Below, piece by piece: positions 45,508 through 56,104 of a stretch of 64,000 bases of DNA (the stretch's first letter is position 1; each line of letters begins with the position of its first letter). Below the pieces are notes generated by a model. It saw only the letters and a list, made by a program, of their open reading frames with translations. It had not been told where the DNA came from and searched no databases. The position numbers and the translations under genes were made by a program. The stretch is from Tortispora ganteri (taxonomy: Eukaryota), in NCBI GenBank assembly GCA_003707115.1, contig PPNB01000017.1, positions 1 through 64,000 on the forward strand, written 5' to 3'.

Positions 45508-45993
45508 AGGAAGTGATAAATGTAAGACATTTGTTTTATTGCAGGTATATCTATTTCTATGTGGTGTTATATTTTTGTGCGATCACTTTTCCTCCTAGGG
45601 AGGTTTTTTGGTTCGTATTGATTAATGTTTGACTGAACTCTAATCTTCGCACTTCTCCTCATTCTTCATATCTACTGTCGTTTTTTTCCATTGCGGACAT
45701 GTGTATCGTTGATTGATTCTAACAGCAAGATTTAGATACAATCAGTTTGCGCGCGAATGAAATTTCAAGCTGTTTATTATATAGTAATATATTACACAAT
45801 TTTTCTGTTGAACTTAATAATTTAGTTACCCGGCTTTTGATTTACTATTGTAAGTTTTAAAGTCGGGCTTCTCGAGGAACCACCGTAAAGCGTTTTTTTT
45901 TTTCTGTACGCTTTGCGAAACATCAATAGCGAGCTTTTGTCCGCTAAAGCGAGATAGGGACTTAGCTAATTTTCTAGTGAATAGTTATCAGCC

Positions 45994-47697
45994 ATGGGTA
46001 AATATGCTGGTCCGTTGAGGTCCTTGATAAGGGGCAAGATACGGCAATCGATGCACAAGCAGAATGTCTACAATCTATACAAGATGAACCTGTCTTATCC
46101 TATGCAAAACAACCTGTTCAGACAAAAATGGGTGGCGAAGCAGCTTGGAAGAGGGTATCATGGTGAACATATCACGGAACACAAATGGAAAGGCTACTTG
46201 TCTGATATAACACATGCGATGGTTCCGCTGGACAAAGTCCGAAAGAGCTCGGTAGGTAAGCTGAAAGCAGCTTTAAGTAACTCTATCCCTGCGCAGATGT
46301 GGATGCCACTTGAGAAGAGGCTTGATACTGCAGTTTTTCGCTCTTTTTTTGCTTCGTCTATTCGACAGGCTAAACAGTATATCACATCAGGACATGTGAG
46401 AGTGAACGGCACAGTTATACGGTATCCGTTTTATGAGCTAAAGCCTGGTGATATGTTCAGCGTAACGCCGGAACGAGTACTTGCTGCAATTGGACGTAAA
46501 TCTGTTTCAGTGAAGGAGGCTAAAGCAATTGACATGCGCCAATACAAGCGGTATAAAAAGTATGTGGATTCGTGTCGAAAGAACCCTGAAAAAATGTACG
46601 CAGTACGTGCCACTAAGCGCGCTGCAGGATACAAGAAACGCATACCATTTTATGTTGCAGAATACGATAAAATATCAAAAATGCATAGCGAAAGACTTCA
46701 TTTATATGGAGATATCAATCGCTGGACTACTCTGCTAACAGAGAAAGCCCGCGAAGTACAGTTGGCTAAAGAACAAAGAAAAGATTCGACTCCTTCTTCT
46801 GAAACTGATACTACAGAGCCAACAACAGTAGAATTAGCAAGTGAAGGAATGACTGCTCAAAACGCAGCCACTGAAGAAATTACTACAGAAAGTGCTGCTG
46901 CTGAAAAAATTACTACAGAAAGTGCTGCTACTGAAGAAATTGCTACAGAAAAGGCTGCCACTGAGACATCTGCTACAGAAAGTGCTGCTATTGAGAACTC
47001 TACTACAGAGAATTTTGCCAATACTGCACCAACTGATTCCTCGGAACAAGCTGTTGAAATGAAGCCGGACATGAAAGTAGAGCCTTCTAGCTCAGAGCTA
47101 ACTGAAGATCAAAAGAAACAGCAATACATCAATGAAGAGCTTGAAATAATAGTCTCCTCTGATTCTAATCTTCGATCTAAATTTCGCAACCTCTGCTATT
47201 TGTATTCGAAGGATGCCAATATGACAAGTCGTGAAATTACGAAATCTGCCACAACTATTGTATCAGATATTATTGACCTACGGAAGAGAATTTTAGCCGC
47301 TGAGAGAACACAAGTGCAGAATAGCTATAAGAATGGCGATGCCACTGCTGGATACACTCCGCATTGGTACTCTGGTTTAGAGAAAACTTTGGAAAATCTG
47401 GAAAAAGATATTGAGAAGTTATCTGAAGATTATGAAGGTGAAGAAGGGTTAAAGTTCCCTTGGCAAAAAGGATTATTTGGACGTCAGAATCCTGAAAAGC
47501 CTTATTTTACACCATGGAAGCCTAGACAATTCTTGGGCCCTATGTTAGTTTTGCCGTCACACATAGAGATTTCATTCAAGACATGCCATGCTGTATATCT
47601 TCGTGACCCAGTCGCTAGACCTGGGATGTCTGAAGTTATATCTCCATTTTCTCCCGATTTCCATCGTCTCGCGAAGCTCTATTATGGTCGCAAATAG
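45994..47697 (+). CDS. NAM9: Mitochondrial ribosomal protein uS4m
   Basis: RGYHGEHITE, S4 motif LEKRLDTAVFRSFFASSIRQAKQYI..GHVRVNG, C-terminal CHAVYLRDPVARPG.SEV.SPF. Confidence 0.92.
   Translation: MGKYAGPLRSLIRGKIRQSMHKQNVYNLYKMNLSYPMQNNLFRQKWVAKQLGRGYHGEHITEHKWKGYLSDITHAMVPLDKVRKSSVGKLKAALSNSIPAQMWMPLEKRLDTAVFRSFFASSIRQAKQYITSGHVRVNGTVIRYPFYELKPGDMFSVTPERVLAAIGRKSVSVKEAKAIDMRQYKRYKKYVDSCRKNPEKMYAVRATKRAAGYKKRIPFYVAEYDKISKMHSERLHLYGDINRWTTLLTEKAREVQLAKEQRKDSTPSSETDTTEPTTVELASEGMTAQNAATEEITTESAAAEKITTESAATEEIATEKAATETSATESAAIENSTTENFANTAPTDSSEQAVEMKPDMKVEPSSSELTEDQKKQQYINEELEIIVSSDSNLRSKFRNLCYLYSKDANMTSREITKSATTIVSDIIDLRKRILAAERTQVQNSYKNGDATAGYTPHWYSGLEKTLENLEKDIEKLSEDYEGEEGLKFPWQKGLFGRQNPEKPYFTPWKPRQFLGPMLVLPSHIEISFKTCHAVYLRDPVARPGMSEVISPFSPDFHRLAKLYYGRK
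46861..47020 (+). repeat. 30-nt coding minisatellite (about 5 copies) inside NAM9
   Basis: agtgctgctactgaagaaattactacagaa-like units giving NAATEEITTE SAAAEKITTE SAATEEIATE KAATETSATE SAAIENSTTE. Confidence 0.9.
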
Positions 47698-47855
47698 CAC
47701 GTGCAGAAGAATTCACGAACTATTTGCGCGAATGATTATGACTTTGTTTGAATGAGGTAGTATTAAAGACTGCGATGCTCTATGATGTACATATAAAATA
47801 TTAAAATCTTAAATTGCGCATTGTAAATGAAAATAAACTAACAAAAAAATGGTAT

Positions 47856-49472
47856 CTAGCCCGAATGCTTGACAATTTCAGAAACAAGTGTTCCATTCTT
47901 TACCTTATGCACGATTTGTTCCGGAGCGGGTAATTCAGTGTAGTCACCTTCGCCTTTAGGTATGTAAACATTCACAGCAGTGCATTGAGAAGTGTAAATT
48001 TCCGTTTCCAACGATGATTCAGACAGGTAAATTTCTCCGTCATTGCTTTGATCCACAGTAACCGTAGGAAGAGTTCCAGTCACTTGAAGAGCAAAGTTTT
48101 TGCATTTCACAATGTCTACACCTGACACAAGGTTCTCTACAAGCAAACCCACACGTTCAGACTGTGAAATAGTAATTGCGTTGCATTTTCCAACAACTTT
48201 AACGGTACAGCGACGACAGTTTGATATGAAGATACCGTGATGGATATCTACATCGACAGTGATATCATGGTCATCCACAAAATTCTCAATAAACCATTTC
48301 GTGCCATCTAAAGTTTTGGACGGGGGCTTCACAGCAGGCGTTTTCAATAAGGCAGGCTTAGAAGTAGAAGCTGAAGGAGCAGTTACAGGTGCGGTAGAGG
48401 TGCCTCTTAGAGCAGGGTTTTTGTGCGTCATTTGACTTTTATCTACCTTCTTGAGGCCAGCTGTGACAGCTTCGCCCTTGTTTAGCTCAGCAAATACAGC
48501 ATCTATTCCGCTAGTAGCAGGTTTAGCTGGCTCAGATGCGAATATATCAGCAGGAGGAGGAGGGGGAGGGGGAGGGGGCGCAGGCGCTGATGCTGATGCT
48601 GATGTTGATGCCGGCGTAACTTCAGGTTTAGCAGGTGAGGCAGCAGAAGCCTGAGCAATCGTATCTTCTATATCTAGACCTTTAGAATTCCAGGTAACAC
48701 CGGTGGTGTGATATGCCTTGACGTACTTTTGAAGGCCAGTAAGAAGAGCGATGTAAAGCTTGGCGGATTCTGCAGCAGCAGGGTTTGTCTCTTTGAATTC
48801 AGTAAGAACACGGTTGGAGTAAAACTGAGCAGATTCCTTCATATCCTCAATAAACGGCGCGGGAGTCGGTTCTACGGTTACCCAACCTAGGCAAGCGATG
48901 CCTTCGGCAAAGGCGGAGAGAAGGTTGAATAACGGATAGTTTCTGTGTGACTCTTGAATTGAGCGCACAGTACCCGCAGCCGCGCTAACAGGAGCTAGAA
49001 GATCCATGATACCCTTTGAGAAAAATTCTGTATCTGGTTTTTTGGATCGGGATACGATATCTAAGAATGTTCTTTCTGCAGCGAATGCTGCCTTTATTGC
49101 GGCGAACTGTTCACTTACCACAGGGTCATTCAGTCTTGCGACGCTCTTTTCTACAGGAACCAAGTACTCGTCTATATACAAATCCCAATTTTTGATAATA
49201 GATTCGTCAACTACAGAACGAGAGCGAACAGCTGTTGGGGACAATGAGCCATCAGAAGGTCGATTAGGTCTGTTCTTGTAGTCAATAGTGTTTGAGAACG
49301 TAGCTAATTCTTCAAGACGTTTAGTGGCGTTTTCAAGACTTATAGGTTAGTAAAAGGTCATGAGTTCTACCAGTAAAGAATATTTTTCGTTTTGACGATT
49401 ATTAAAAACGTACCGTTTCATAATAGTGCCAATATCTAGCTTGGCGGGTCCATTATCTAGTTCATCAGACAT
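47856..49472 (-). CDS. SRV2: Adenylyl cyclase-associated protein CAP; exons 49472-49414 and 49338-47856
   Basis: Poly-Pro, WH2 (GLKKVDKSQMTHKNPALR) and CARP C-terminus. Removing the 75-nt intron restores the N-terminal RLE motifs (IMKRLENATKRLEELA). Confidence 0.95.
49339..49413 (-). other. Spliceosomal intron in SRV2 (75 nt)
   Basis: GTACGT donor, TACTAAC branch point, CTATAAG acceptor; frame preserved. Confidence 0.9.
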
Positions 49473-49518
49473 TGTCGGTGTGTAGGTTGGGAAATTGCTA
49501 GGAATAAGGAATAAGTAG

Positions 49519-50118
49519 TTATTGCATTGAGGGGAATACTTGTGAGGCTTTGGACCATGATTCTGCTGAATTTTCGGCATGGTAATTCAAGTTCTTGAAA
49601 GGTTCAATCTCAGATTTTCTGTATGACTGCAATGCGCCGGAATACTTAGGGGTGGTGTCATCTGCAGATTTGACTGTCATTTGAACCGTTTTCGTCTCTT
49701 TCGATTTCATCTCTTGTCTTTTCATATGAGTATCCTGACTTATTTCCATGTCATTTATGTCAATGTATTTCAGATGAGGTCTTAGTTGGCATTTCATATC
49801 GATCTTGGCAACGTTGAGCTGATCTTTGACAAATGTACCAATGAGGTAACTGTTATCGTCACTTAAGTTGCCTTTATATGTTATTATATTTGAATTTTTC
49901 CATTTAGATGCACGATTTTTGTCATAATTTTCTCCTTTTTCTTCGACCTCTTCGTCTACCTCGAGAATTCGGCTCTCATTTTTGATTCGCACGCTCGACA
50001 CTCCCTTGATGTCTCTGTCTTTACCTACACTAGGAAATTGCAGTAAGTAGAGCTTCTCATCTGCCAAAGTGTTTATAATAATAGGATATTCTCGCACTAT
50101 TGGATCGTCGTCTGTCAT
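49519..50118 (-). CDS. RPC37: RNA polymerase III subunit C37 (Rpc5/Sin family)
   Basis: DDDPIVREYPI..LYLLQFP and QLRPHLKYID motifs. ATG at 50118. Confidence 0.85.
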   Translation of the reverse strand: MTDDDPIVREYPIIINTLADEKLYLLQFPSVGKDRDIKGVSSVRIKNESRILEVDEEVEEKGENYDKNRASKWKNSNIITYKGNLSDDNSYLIGTFVKDQLNVAKIDMKCQLRPHLKYIDINDMEISQDTHMKRQEMKSKETKTVQMTVKSADDTTPKYSGALQSYRKSEIEPFKNLNYHAENSAESWSKASQVFPSMQ

Positions 50119-50235
50119 TATTAAAGCGGTTTTATCGTGAATAATCAAAAAAAAAAATAAAATAGAAACCTTTCAAATGTAAAGAAACAGTTTCAACTCT
50201 ATTTAACCTTTTACCAACTATTTTCTTCCTTCAAG

Positions 50236-52230
50236 ATGGAGGACTCTATGCAGCTGAATCTGGTCGATACCGACGCCAAATCTGTAAAACTGCCTAGAAA
50301 AACTCTTGTAAAAGCTCAAAGGATATTAAACAGATCTAATAGATTAAACAAAACGCCGACTACGCCAGAATATAGACTCTCATTCGACAAATCAAAACGA
50401 TCAATTTCAAAACCGAACTCTTACCACAAGGGACCAAAACAACAAAAGAAAAAAATTGATCCTGGTGTCGTATCTTCTTTGTTTACTAACAATCCCACTT
50501 CTTTATCTCATAAGGAGGAGCCTATAATAGAGAAACTGGTGCCTGATAATGTCCCTATACAGAATGCAAGTTTTGATCAGCTTCACGTGAACCAAATTTT
50601 AGTCAACCATATCCATACAAAACTCTCTATCGACTCCCCCACTTATATTCAAGCTTCTGCTTTGTCTTATCTACTCAACCAATCTACTTGGAATAAAGAT
50701 TTGTTTATACAGGCCAAAACTGGATCCGGTAAGACATTGGCTTACCTCTTGCCAATACTCAGTCGTCTGATGATCCCGCAAAATGACAAAATTTCTCGCT
50801 CATCAGGCCTTTTTGCAATAATTATAGTCCCTACGCGCGAACTTGCCGCACAAATATATAATGTTCTAGAGTCCCTGGTATCATGCTGTCATTACATTGT
50901 ACCTACACATGTCACTGGTGGTGAAAAGAAGAAGTCCGAAAAGTCACGTCTTAGAAAGGGCGTCAACATCCTAATTGCTACGCCAGGTCGTTTGGTCGAC
51001 CATCTGCAGCATACCACCTCCTTGGATGTGTCTCAAGTGCGTTATTTAGTTCTAGATGAAGCTGATCGCCTAATGGAACTAGGTTTTAAACCTGATATCG
51101 ATCTCATTATCTCTAGACTCACTTCTTCATCCAATATTAGATCAACTGTTGCTGCGTTTCCTAGTTTGCCTGACCGCAGAGTTACTATCCTTTGTTCCGC
51201 TACTTTAGGAAAAGACGTAAAAGAGCTTGGCGAACAGTCTCTGCAGAATGCAAACACCGCTGTGGACAAGGCCGAGAGTTCAGGTGATGACCCTTCAAAT
51301 GGCACTGCAGCAGCACCTGCTCAACTGACTCAAATATGTCTCACCGTGCCTGCAAAGTTGAGATTTGTGACACTGTACGCACAATTGCTATTGTTTGCAA
51401 AATCCTTTTTAAACACGCAAACCAAAGCGGTTGTATTTATTGCATCCTCTGGTGCTGTAGATTTCTACTTCAAAGCTCTCGCGCGCGACGCCGACCCTCA
51501 GGAATCAAAAACCGGCTCTGCAGCTTACACTGCTAATATCAAGCTAGGCAATCAAGCAGCGAGCATATACAAGTTACACGGAAATATGGATCAAACTCAT
51601 CGTTCATCTGTTATGAAACTGTTCGCACAAGCTAAATCAGCTACCCCCCAGATTCTAATTTGCACTGATGTTGCTTCTCGCGGTCTTGACATGCCTTTCG
51701 TTGATTTGGTCATTGAATACGACCCGGCAGTCACTGTTGATGATCATTTACATCGTGTAGGACGAACTGCAAGAGCTGGACACTCCGGTAGGGCGCTGTT
51801 GTTTCTTCTTCCGGGAGCTGAAGAAACATACATTGATCTACTGAAACCAGTTCACCCTGGTGGTATTCAGACCGCCAATTACGACGAACTCCTAAAAGAG
51901 GTTTACGGCCAGCGCATGTGGCAAGAAAAGGCATCATCATGGCAACTTGGATTGGAGAACTGGATACTGGAAGACTCAAAGGCTATGTCTCTTGCGAAAG
52001 GTGCATTCACATCTCACATCAAAGCGTATGCTACGCATGTAAGCGCGGAACGATCTATCTTCAATGTGAAGAATTTGCATCTGGGCCATATCTCTAAAAG
52101 CTTCGGGTTGAGAGAAGCTCCAAAGGCTATTGGAAAAGAAAAAAATACGTTTAAAATTGAAAGGAAGAAATTCCTAGACCTGGCTAACCTGGCTTCCAAA
52201 ACGTCTGCGAGTGAGTTTAACGTGATTTGA
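50236..52230 (+). CDS. DBP7: DEAD-box RNA helicase Dbp7
   Basis: AKTGSGKTLAY, GGEKKKSEKSRLRKG, DEAD, SAT, HRVGRTAR, C-terminal HLGHISKSFGLREAP. Confidence 0.93.
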   Translation: MEDSMQLNLVDTDAKSVKLPRKTLVKAQRILNRSNRLNKTPTTPEYRLSFDKSKRSISKPNSYHKGPKQQKKKIDPGVVSSLFTNNPTSLSHKEEPIIEKLVPDNVPIQNASFDQLHVNQILVNHIHTKLSIDSPTYIQASALSYLLNQSTWNKDLFIQAKTGSGKTLAYLLPILSRLMIPQNDKISRSSGLFAIIIVPTRELAAQIYNVLESLVSCCHYIVPTHVTGGEKKKSEKSRLRKGVNILIATPGRLVDHLQHTTSLDVSQVRYLVLDEADRLMELGFKPDIDLIISRLTSSSNIRSTVAAFPSLPDRRVTILCSATLGKDVKELGEQSLQNANTAVDKAESSGDDPSNGTAAAPAQLTQICLTVPAKLRFVTLYAQLLLFAKSFLNTQTKAVVFIASSGAVDFYFKALARDADPQESKTGSAAYTANIKLGNQAASIYKLHGNMDQTHRSSVMKLFAQAKSATPQILICTDVASRGLDMPFVDLVIEYDPAVTVDDHLHRVGRTARAGHSGRALLFLLPGAEETYIDLLKPVHPGGIQTANYDELLKEVYGQRMWQEKASSWQLGLENWILEDSKAMSLAKGAFTSHIKAYATHVSAERSIFNVKNLHLGHISKSFGLREAPKAIGKEKNTFKIERKKFLDLANLASKTSASEFNVI

Positions 52231-52343
52231 GTTTTGCTTTTCTCCGTCACGTGTTTAGTCTCACCTTTATATTTTACACAAACGCGCTCGCGAGTTTGTG
52301 AAATGCTATCACAAATCTTATAAGCCATGTTCCTTAAACTATT

Positions 52344-55300
52344 ATGACTACAAAAATAATATTTGAATCTGGTCAACTGCAGGCACTCTGTTATATGCCT
52401 ATCGTGGATCACGATCGTTGTTTGCAAAGCTATATAGTTGCGGCTACTGGGAAGCGAATACGCGTTTATGAGTCTGAAAATGATAAACCAAATGAGCTTT
52501 TCCACTTTGAGTGTATGGAAGAACCGATTGCTCTGGATTATTTGCTTGTTAATAATCGGAAGGCATCTAAAATGCTCCCCAAATCTTTGCTTTTAGTCAT
52601 AACAAGATACGATCTTCTGGCATTTCAGTTGACCCGTGAGGATGCAACTCTGGTCGACTCGACATTTTTATCACATCATGATAGAGGTTCACCATTTAGC
52701 AAATCTTCTTTCGGTTTTGCAACAGATGATAAACATTCTGTTGCTGTGTTTATTAACGAAGCAATAATGATTATAGTCTCAGCTAAAAAGCAATTTGAAC
52801 GCTCGCCAATGGAAAGCTATATATCTCCGTCTAGTATTGGGACTAGTCAGTGCTCCAGCAGTAATCGTTGCAAATTAATGATTCAGAAAATCTCGGTTTC
52901 TACTATTTACTCTAGATGTATATTCATGCCTACCATTACGACAGATCTAGAGCTCACCTACATGGTGCCGGAATATCCTACTCTTCAGATCAGAAAAGTC
53001 ACTGGAAATCGTTATTCCATTATTTTGAGAGCTATTCTGGGACATAGTATGAATTTAGACCAGTATCCCGGCATCGTTTCCTGGGAATTTGCTATGGACT
53101 ATGCTAAAGGCCATACCGTTTTTAATGATGCCCGTGTATCATCCTCTTCGTTGTCTGAAGGCATCGGAGAAATTTCCCCTGCATACAATCCTTTTGATCA
53201 TCCAAGAGTAACTCATCATACAATATTTCTGAACACTTTCGGACAAACTACTGAGAAGAATGAGTTGCAGGTATTGAGATATGTCGCGAAACCTCATCTG
53301 TTTTGTTTTAGAATCAATGCAAACTTGAACCATACCGTTGAAGTAGTTCCTATCAAGGCAGATGAGGAATATACGCGTGAAGTGAATATCTACTCAGCTG
53401 TTTATATAAAGGATTTTGATATATACTTTTTAATAATGAATTCAGGAACTGTTTATTCAGGCGTTGTTTCAGAAACAAAAGGCAGTACCTCTAAAATACT
53501 TCAGATCCATAGAATGGATCTATCGTTATCACCGTGCTCATATATCATGCACTTGAAAGGTAACAAAATACTCACTTATGATGACATGACAGGAAGTATC
53601 CGCTTAGGATCTTTAGATCTGAAATCGAATTGTTTCTTTCTTGGACCAAGCTCGTCCCCACACTTCTCCATAGATCAGATCTTGCCTAAATCTGAAAATC
53701 TATGCTATGATTATTTGGCTTCTTGCAATGTTGCAAATAAAAGTATGATTGCCCATATTTCCCTTGGCCTGACATTAGATTCTCGACAATTACTCCCACC
53801 AAGTAGTGGACTTATTGTGAAATCTTGTTTTCTTCAACTGAATTGTGCATTGTTGTGGATTTTTGCGGACGGAACTGTGGGTTTATCTGATCTAATATTC
53901 TCTGCAGAATCTCATACTTTGTTTGACAATGTCGTACCAACTCATCTGAAATTCCGAGTGTCTATAGGCAACTCATTTGATAGGGATTTAGCTTATAGCG
54001 AGATATCAAAAGGTAAGGTTGCTTTCGCATGTAATTCATCTTTAAGAATCTGCGACCCTGACCTCCAATTCAAAACTATGTCGAGGTACGAAATCGACCG
54101 TGAATATGGAAGTGTGAGCTACCTGAATGCTGTCGGGGATTTCTTAATTGTCTCAGTTGCATCGGCAATACTCATATTTGATCATAGTCTTGAGTTAAAC
54201 CTTCTAATTGAGAAGTCAGAAACCGTATTTGTAATTGATGCAATGGAATCTGACGCTTCTTTATATATTACCGTCTGGAATCGCAATACTGCAGAAATTG
54301 CGGTGCACAGAACATCGAAATGGCATGAGCCAATAGCATCTGCGCCTATTTCTAACATACAAATAAGCTGTTTTACAACGTTAGCTACAGGAATTATTTT
54401 ATCGGGGTTTGATGATGGTGGACTTCGAGTTATAGACTGGTCTATTTCCGCCATGACAAGTAAGATCGAAATATTTGAATTGGAGCCAATTTGCACTAAC
54501 AGGATTTGCGACATCCAGCCATGGTATGCATCGCTGGAATTAAATTCAGAAGAAAACTTATATCTAGCTTCTATGGCGCAACAAAATCCAACTGAATTTA
54601 TGGTACTAGTTTCCTTTGCGACTGAAGATCTTATGATGTCAATACGTCGTAATGGTGACATTAACAAGTATACTATTACATGCAGAAGATTTTTAAGTCA
54701 CAAAAGAGAATCAAAGTATTTCCCTCTTTACATACCAGGAAACAGTCTTAAAACGAAAACGTCTATAAAAGCAAGACAATTATGCGCTTCGTGTATCAGT
54801 CTAGAAGGTTATTCCGAAACAATGATTTGTTACATATGGGACGAACCTGCATTACTATTGCGGCGTACAATGCCGATGAATTTCCATATTAGTAATATTC
54901 AATTCCTGGATAAAAAACGGAGCAGGCTTGTTGTTCTTGCGGAACGTGGTCGTGAACGAGAGTGTATTGGTGAAGCTTTACCTTCTGTTCAAGGGCTGTT
55001 TTGTTTTCTGCTGGATGCCAACTCTCTTGAAATTTTGCAAGCAATAGTTTGGCGCTCCAAAAATTGCCCAATTTGGTCTTACAAGATGTTTCTTCCTGAT
55101 TTATTTGACAGAAGTTGTACTGAGATGGAAGGTGTTTTATTGTGCTTCGAAAACTTGGAGAATGTTACTTTTTCAATTGAGGAGATTGAGCAAGCTCAAT
55201 GGGAGCAGCTTTTTTACAAAAGCGTAAAAAAAGAATCATGGTTATTCAAGAATAAATTTTTGAGTATTCAATTTACGAATCGGAACTTTGAGAACAAAGC

Positions 55301-56006
55301 ATTCTATCAGAATGATGGCGACTGTTCATATAGTTCCATCAAAACTCTTTCAAAATTTGCTTCATTAGATAAATATCCATTATTGATTTCCAGCGCTTCA
55401 TGTGCACATATGAAAGGTGGTATATCTTTATGGTATTTCCCGCCTATTAAATTCTGTGAGTTTTTTCCTGATTATTCCTGGAATTGTTTTGGCGTTGATT
55501 CAAAGCTCATCATTGAGAAAAATACCCGCTCTGGTGAGAGAATGGGTTTCGCTCTCTCAAAGAGACTCAACCAAAGCTATACCTGGGATTGTGATTTCAT
55601 TAAAAAGCCATCTCGTTGGTTTATATATAAGTTGAATGAAAACTTCTGGCTAATAGACGAGGATGATGGTCCGAGGATAGCTACTTGTCCTCAAAAAGCA
55701 TCAAACGATGAAAATGTACTTAAGTTAGAAGCGAAACTTAGCGATAAGCCCCATGATCATGTTAAGTTTCTGCTCTACCTAGGTCCTAATTATAGACTCA
55801 TATTATCGAATCAGGGACGACTATCAATATGCGATTTGACTGAATACACTCCAAAATTTACGGTGTTGCAAAAGCCCTCCGATGACATCCCTTTTGAATC
55901 AATTCATATCAGTACGGTGAATTTGGTCGAGATGATTTCTCTTAGCAAAATTAGCGTTCTCATAAGCACTAGCGATGGTGACATCTATCTATACACGACA
56001 GCTTAG
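52344..56006 (+). CDS. Large beta-rich protein, possibly a highly diverged DDB1/Rik1/Mms1-family propeller
   Basis: 1220-aa ORF. N-terminal pattern IVAATGKRIRVYE..LLLVITRY..FGFATDDKHSVAVFINEAIMIIV resembles the DDB1 N-terminus. Confidence 0.45.
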   Translation: MTTKIIFESGQLQALCYMPIVDHDRCLQSYIVAATGKRIRVYESENDKPNELFHFECMEEPIALDYLLVNNRKASKMLPKSLLLVITRYDLLAFQLTREDATLVDSTFLSHHDRGSPFSKSSFGFATDDKHSVAVFINEAIMIIVSAKKQFERSPMESYISPSSIGTSQCSSSNRCKLMIQKISVSTIYSRCIFMPTITTDLELTYMVPEYPTLQIRKVTGNRYSIILRAILGHSMNLDQYPGIVSWEFAMDYAKGHTVFNDARVSSSSLSEGIGEISPAYNPFDHPRVTHHTIFLNTFGQTTEKNELQVLRYVAKPHLFCFRINANLNHTVEVVPIKADEEYTREVNIYSAVYIKDFDIYFLIMNSGTVYSGVVSETKGSTSKILQIHRMDLSLSPCSYIMHLKGNKILTYDDMTGSIRLGSLDLKSNCFFLGPSSSPHFSIDQILPKSENLCYDYLASCNVANKSMIAHISLGLTLDSRQLLPPSSGLIVKSCFLQLNCALLWIFADGTVGLSDLIFSAESHTLFDNVVPTHLKFRVSIGNSFDRDLAYSEISKGKVAFACNSSLRICDPDLQFKTMSRYEIDREYGSVSYLNAVGDFLIVSVASAILIFDHSLELNLLIEKSETVFVIDAMESDASLYITVWNRNTAEIAVHRTSKWHEPIASAPISNIQISCFTTLATGIILSGFDDGGLRVIDWSISAMTSKIEIFELEPICTNRICDIQPWYASLELNSEENLYLASMAQQNPTEFMVLVSFATEDLMMSIRRNGDINKYTITCRRFLSHKRESKYFPLYIPGNSLKTKTSIKARQLCASCISLEGYSETMICYIWDEPALLLRRTMPMNFHISNIQFLDKKRSRLVVLAERGRERECIGEALPSVQGLFCFLLDANSLEILQAIVWRSKNCPIWSYKMFLPDLFDRSCTEMEGVLLCFENLENVTFSIEEIEQAQWEQLFYKSVKKESWLFKNKFLSIQFTNRNFENKAFYQNDGDCSYSSIKTLSKFASLDKYPLLISSASCAHMKGGISLWYFPPIKFCEFFPDYSWNCFGVDSKLIIEKNTRSGERMGFALSKRLNQSYTWDCDFIKKPSRWFIYKLNENFWLIDEDDGPRIATCPQKASNDENVLKLEAKLSDKPHDHVKFLLYLGPNYRLILSNQGRLSICDLTEYTPKFTVLQKPSDDIPFESIHISTVNLVEMISLSKISVLISTSDGDIYLYTTA

Positions 56007-56104
56007 TGGTACCATGAATTGAATTCATACATAACATAATTATATTATTTACATTCAGAATAACTAAGACAACGTTCAGTGTCACGTTCAGAGTGCTTCA
56101 ATGA

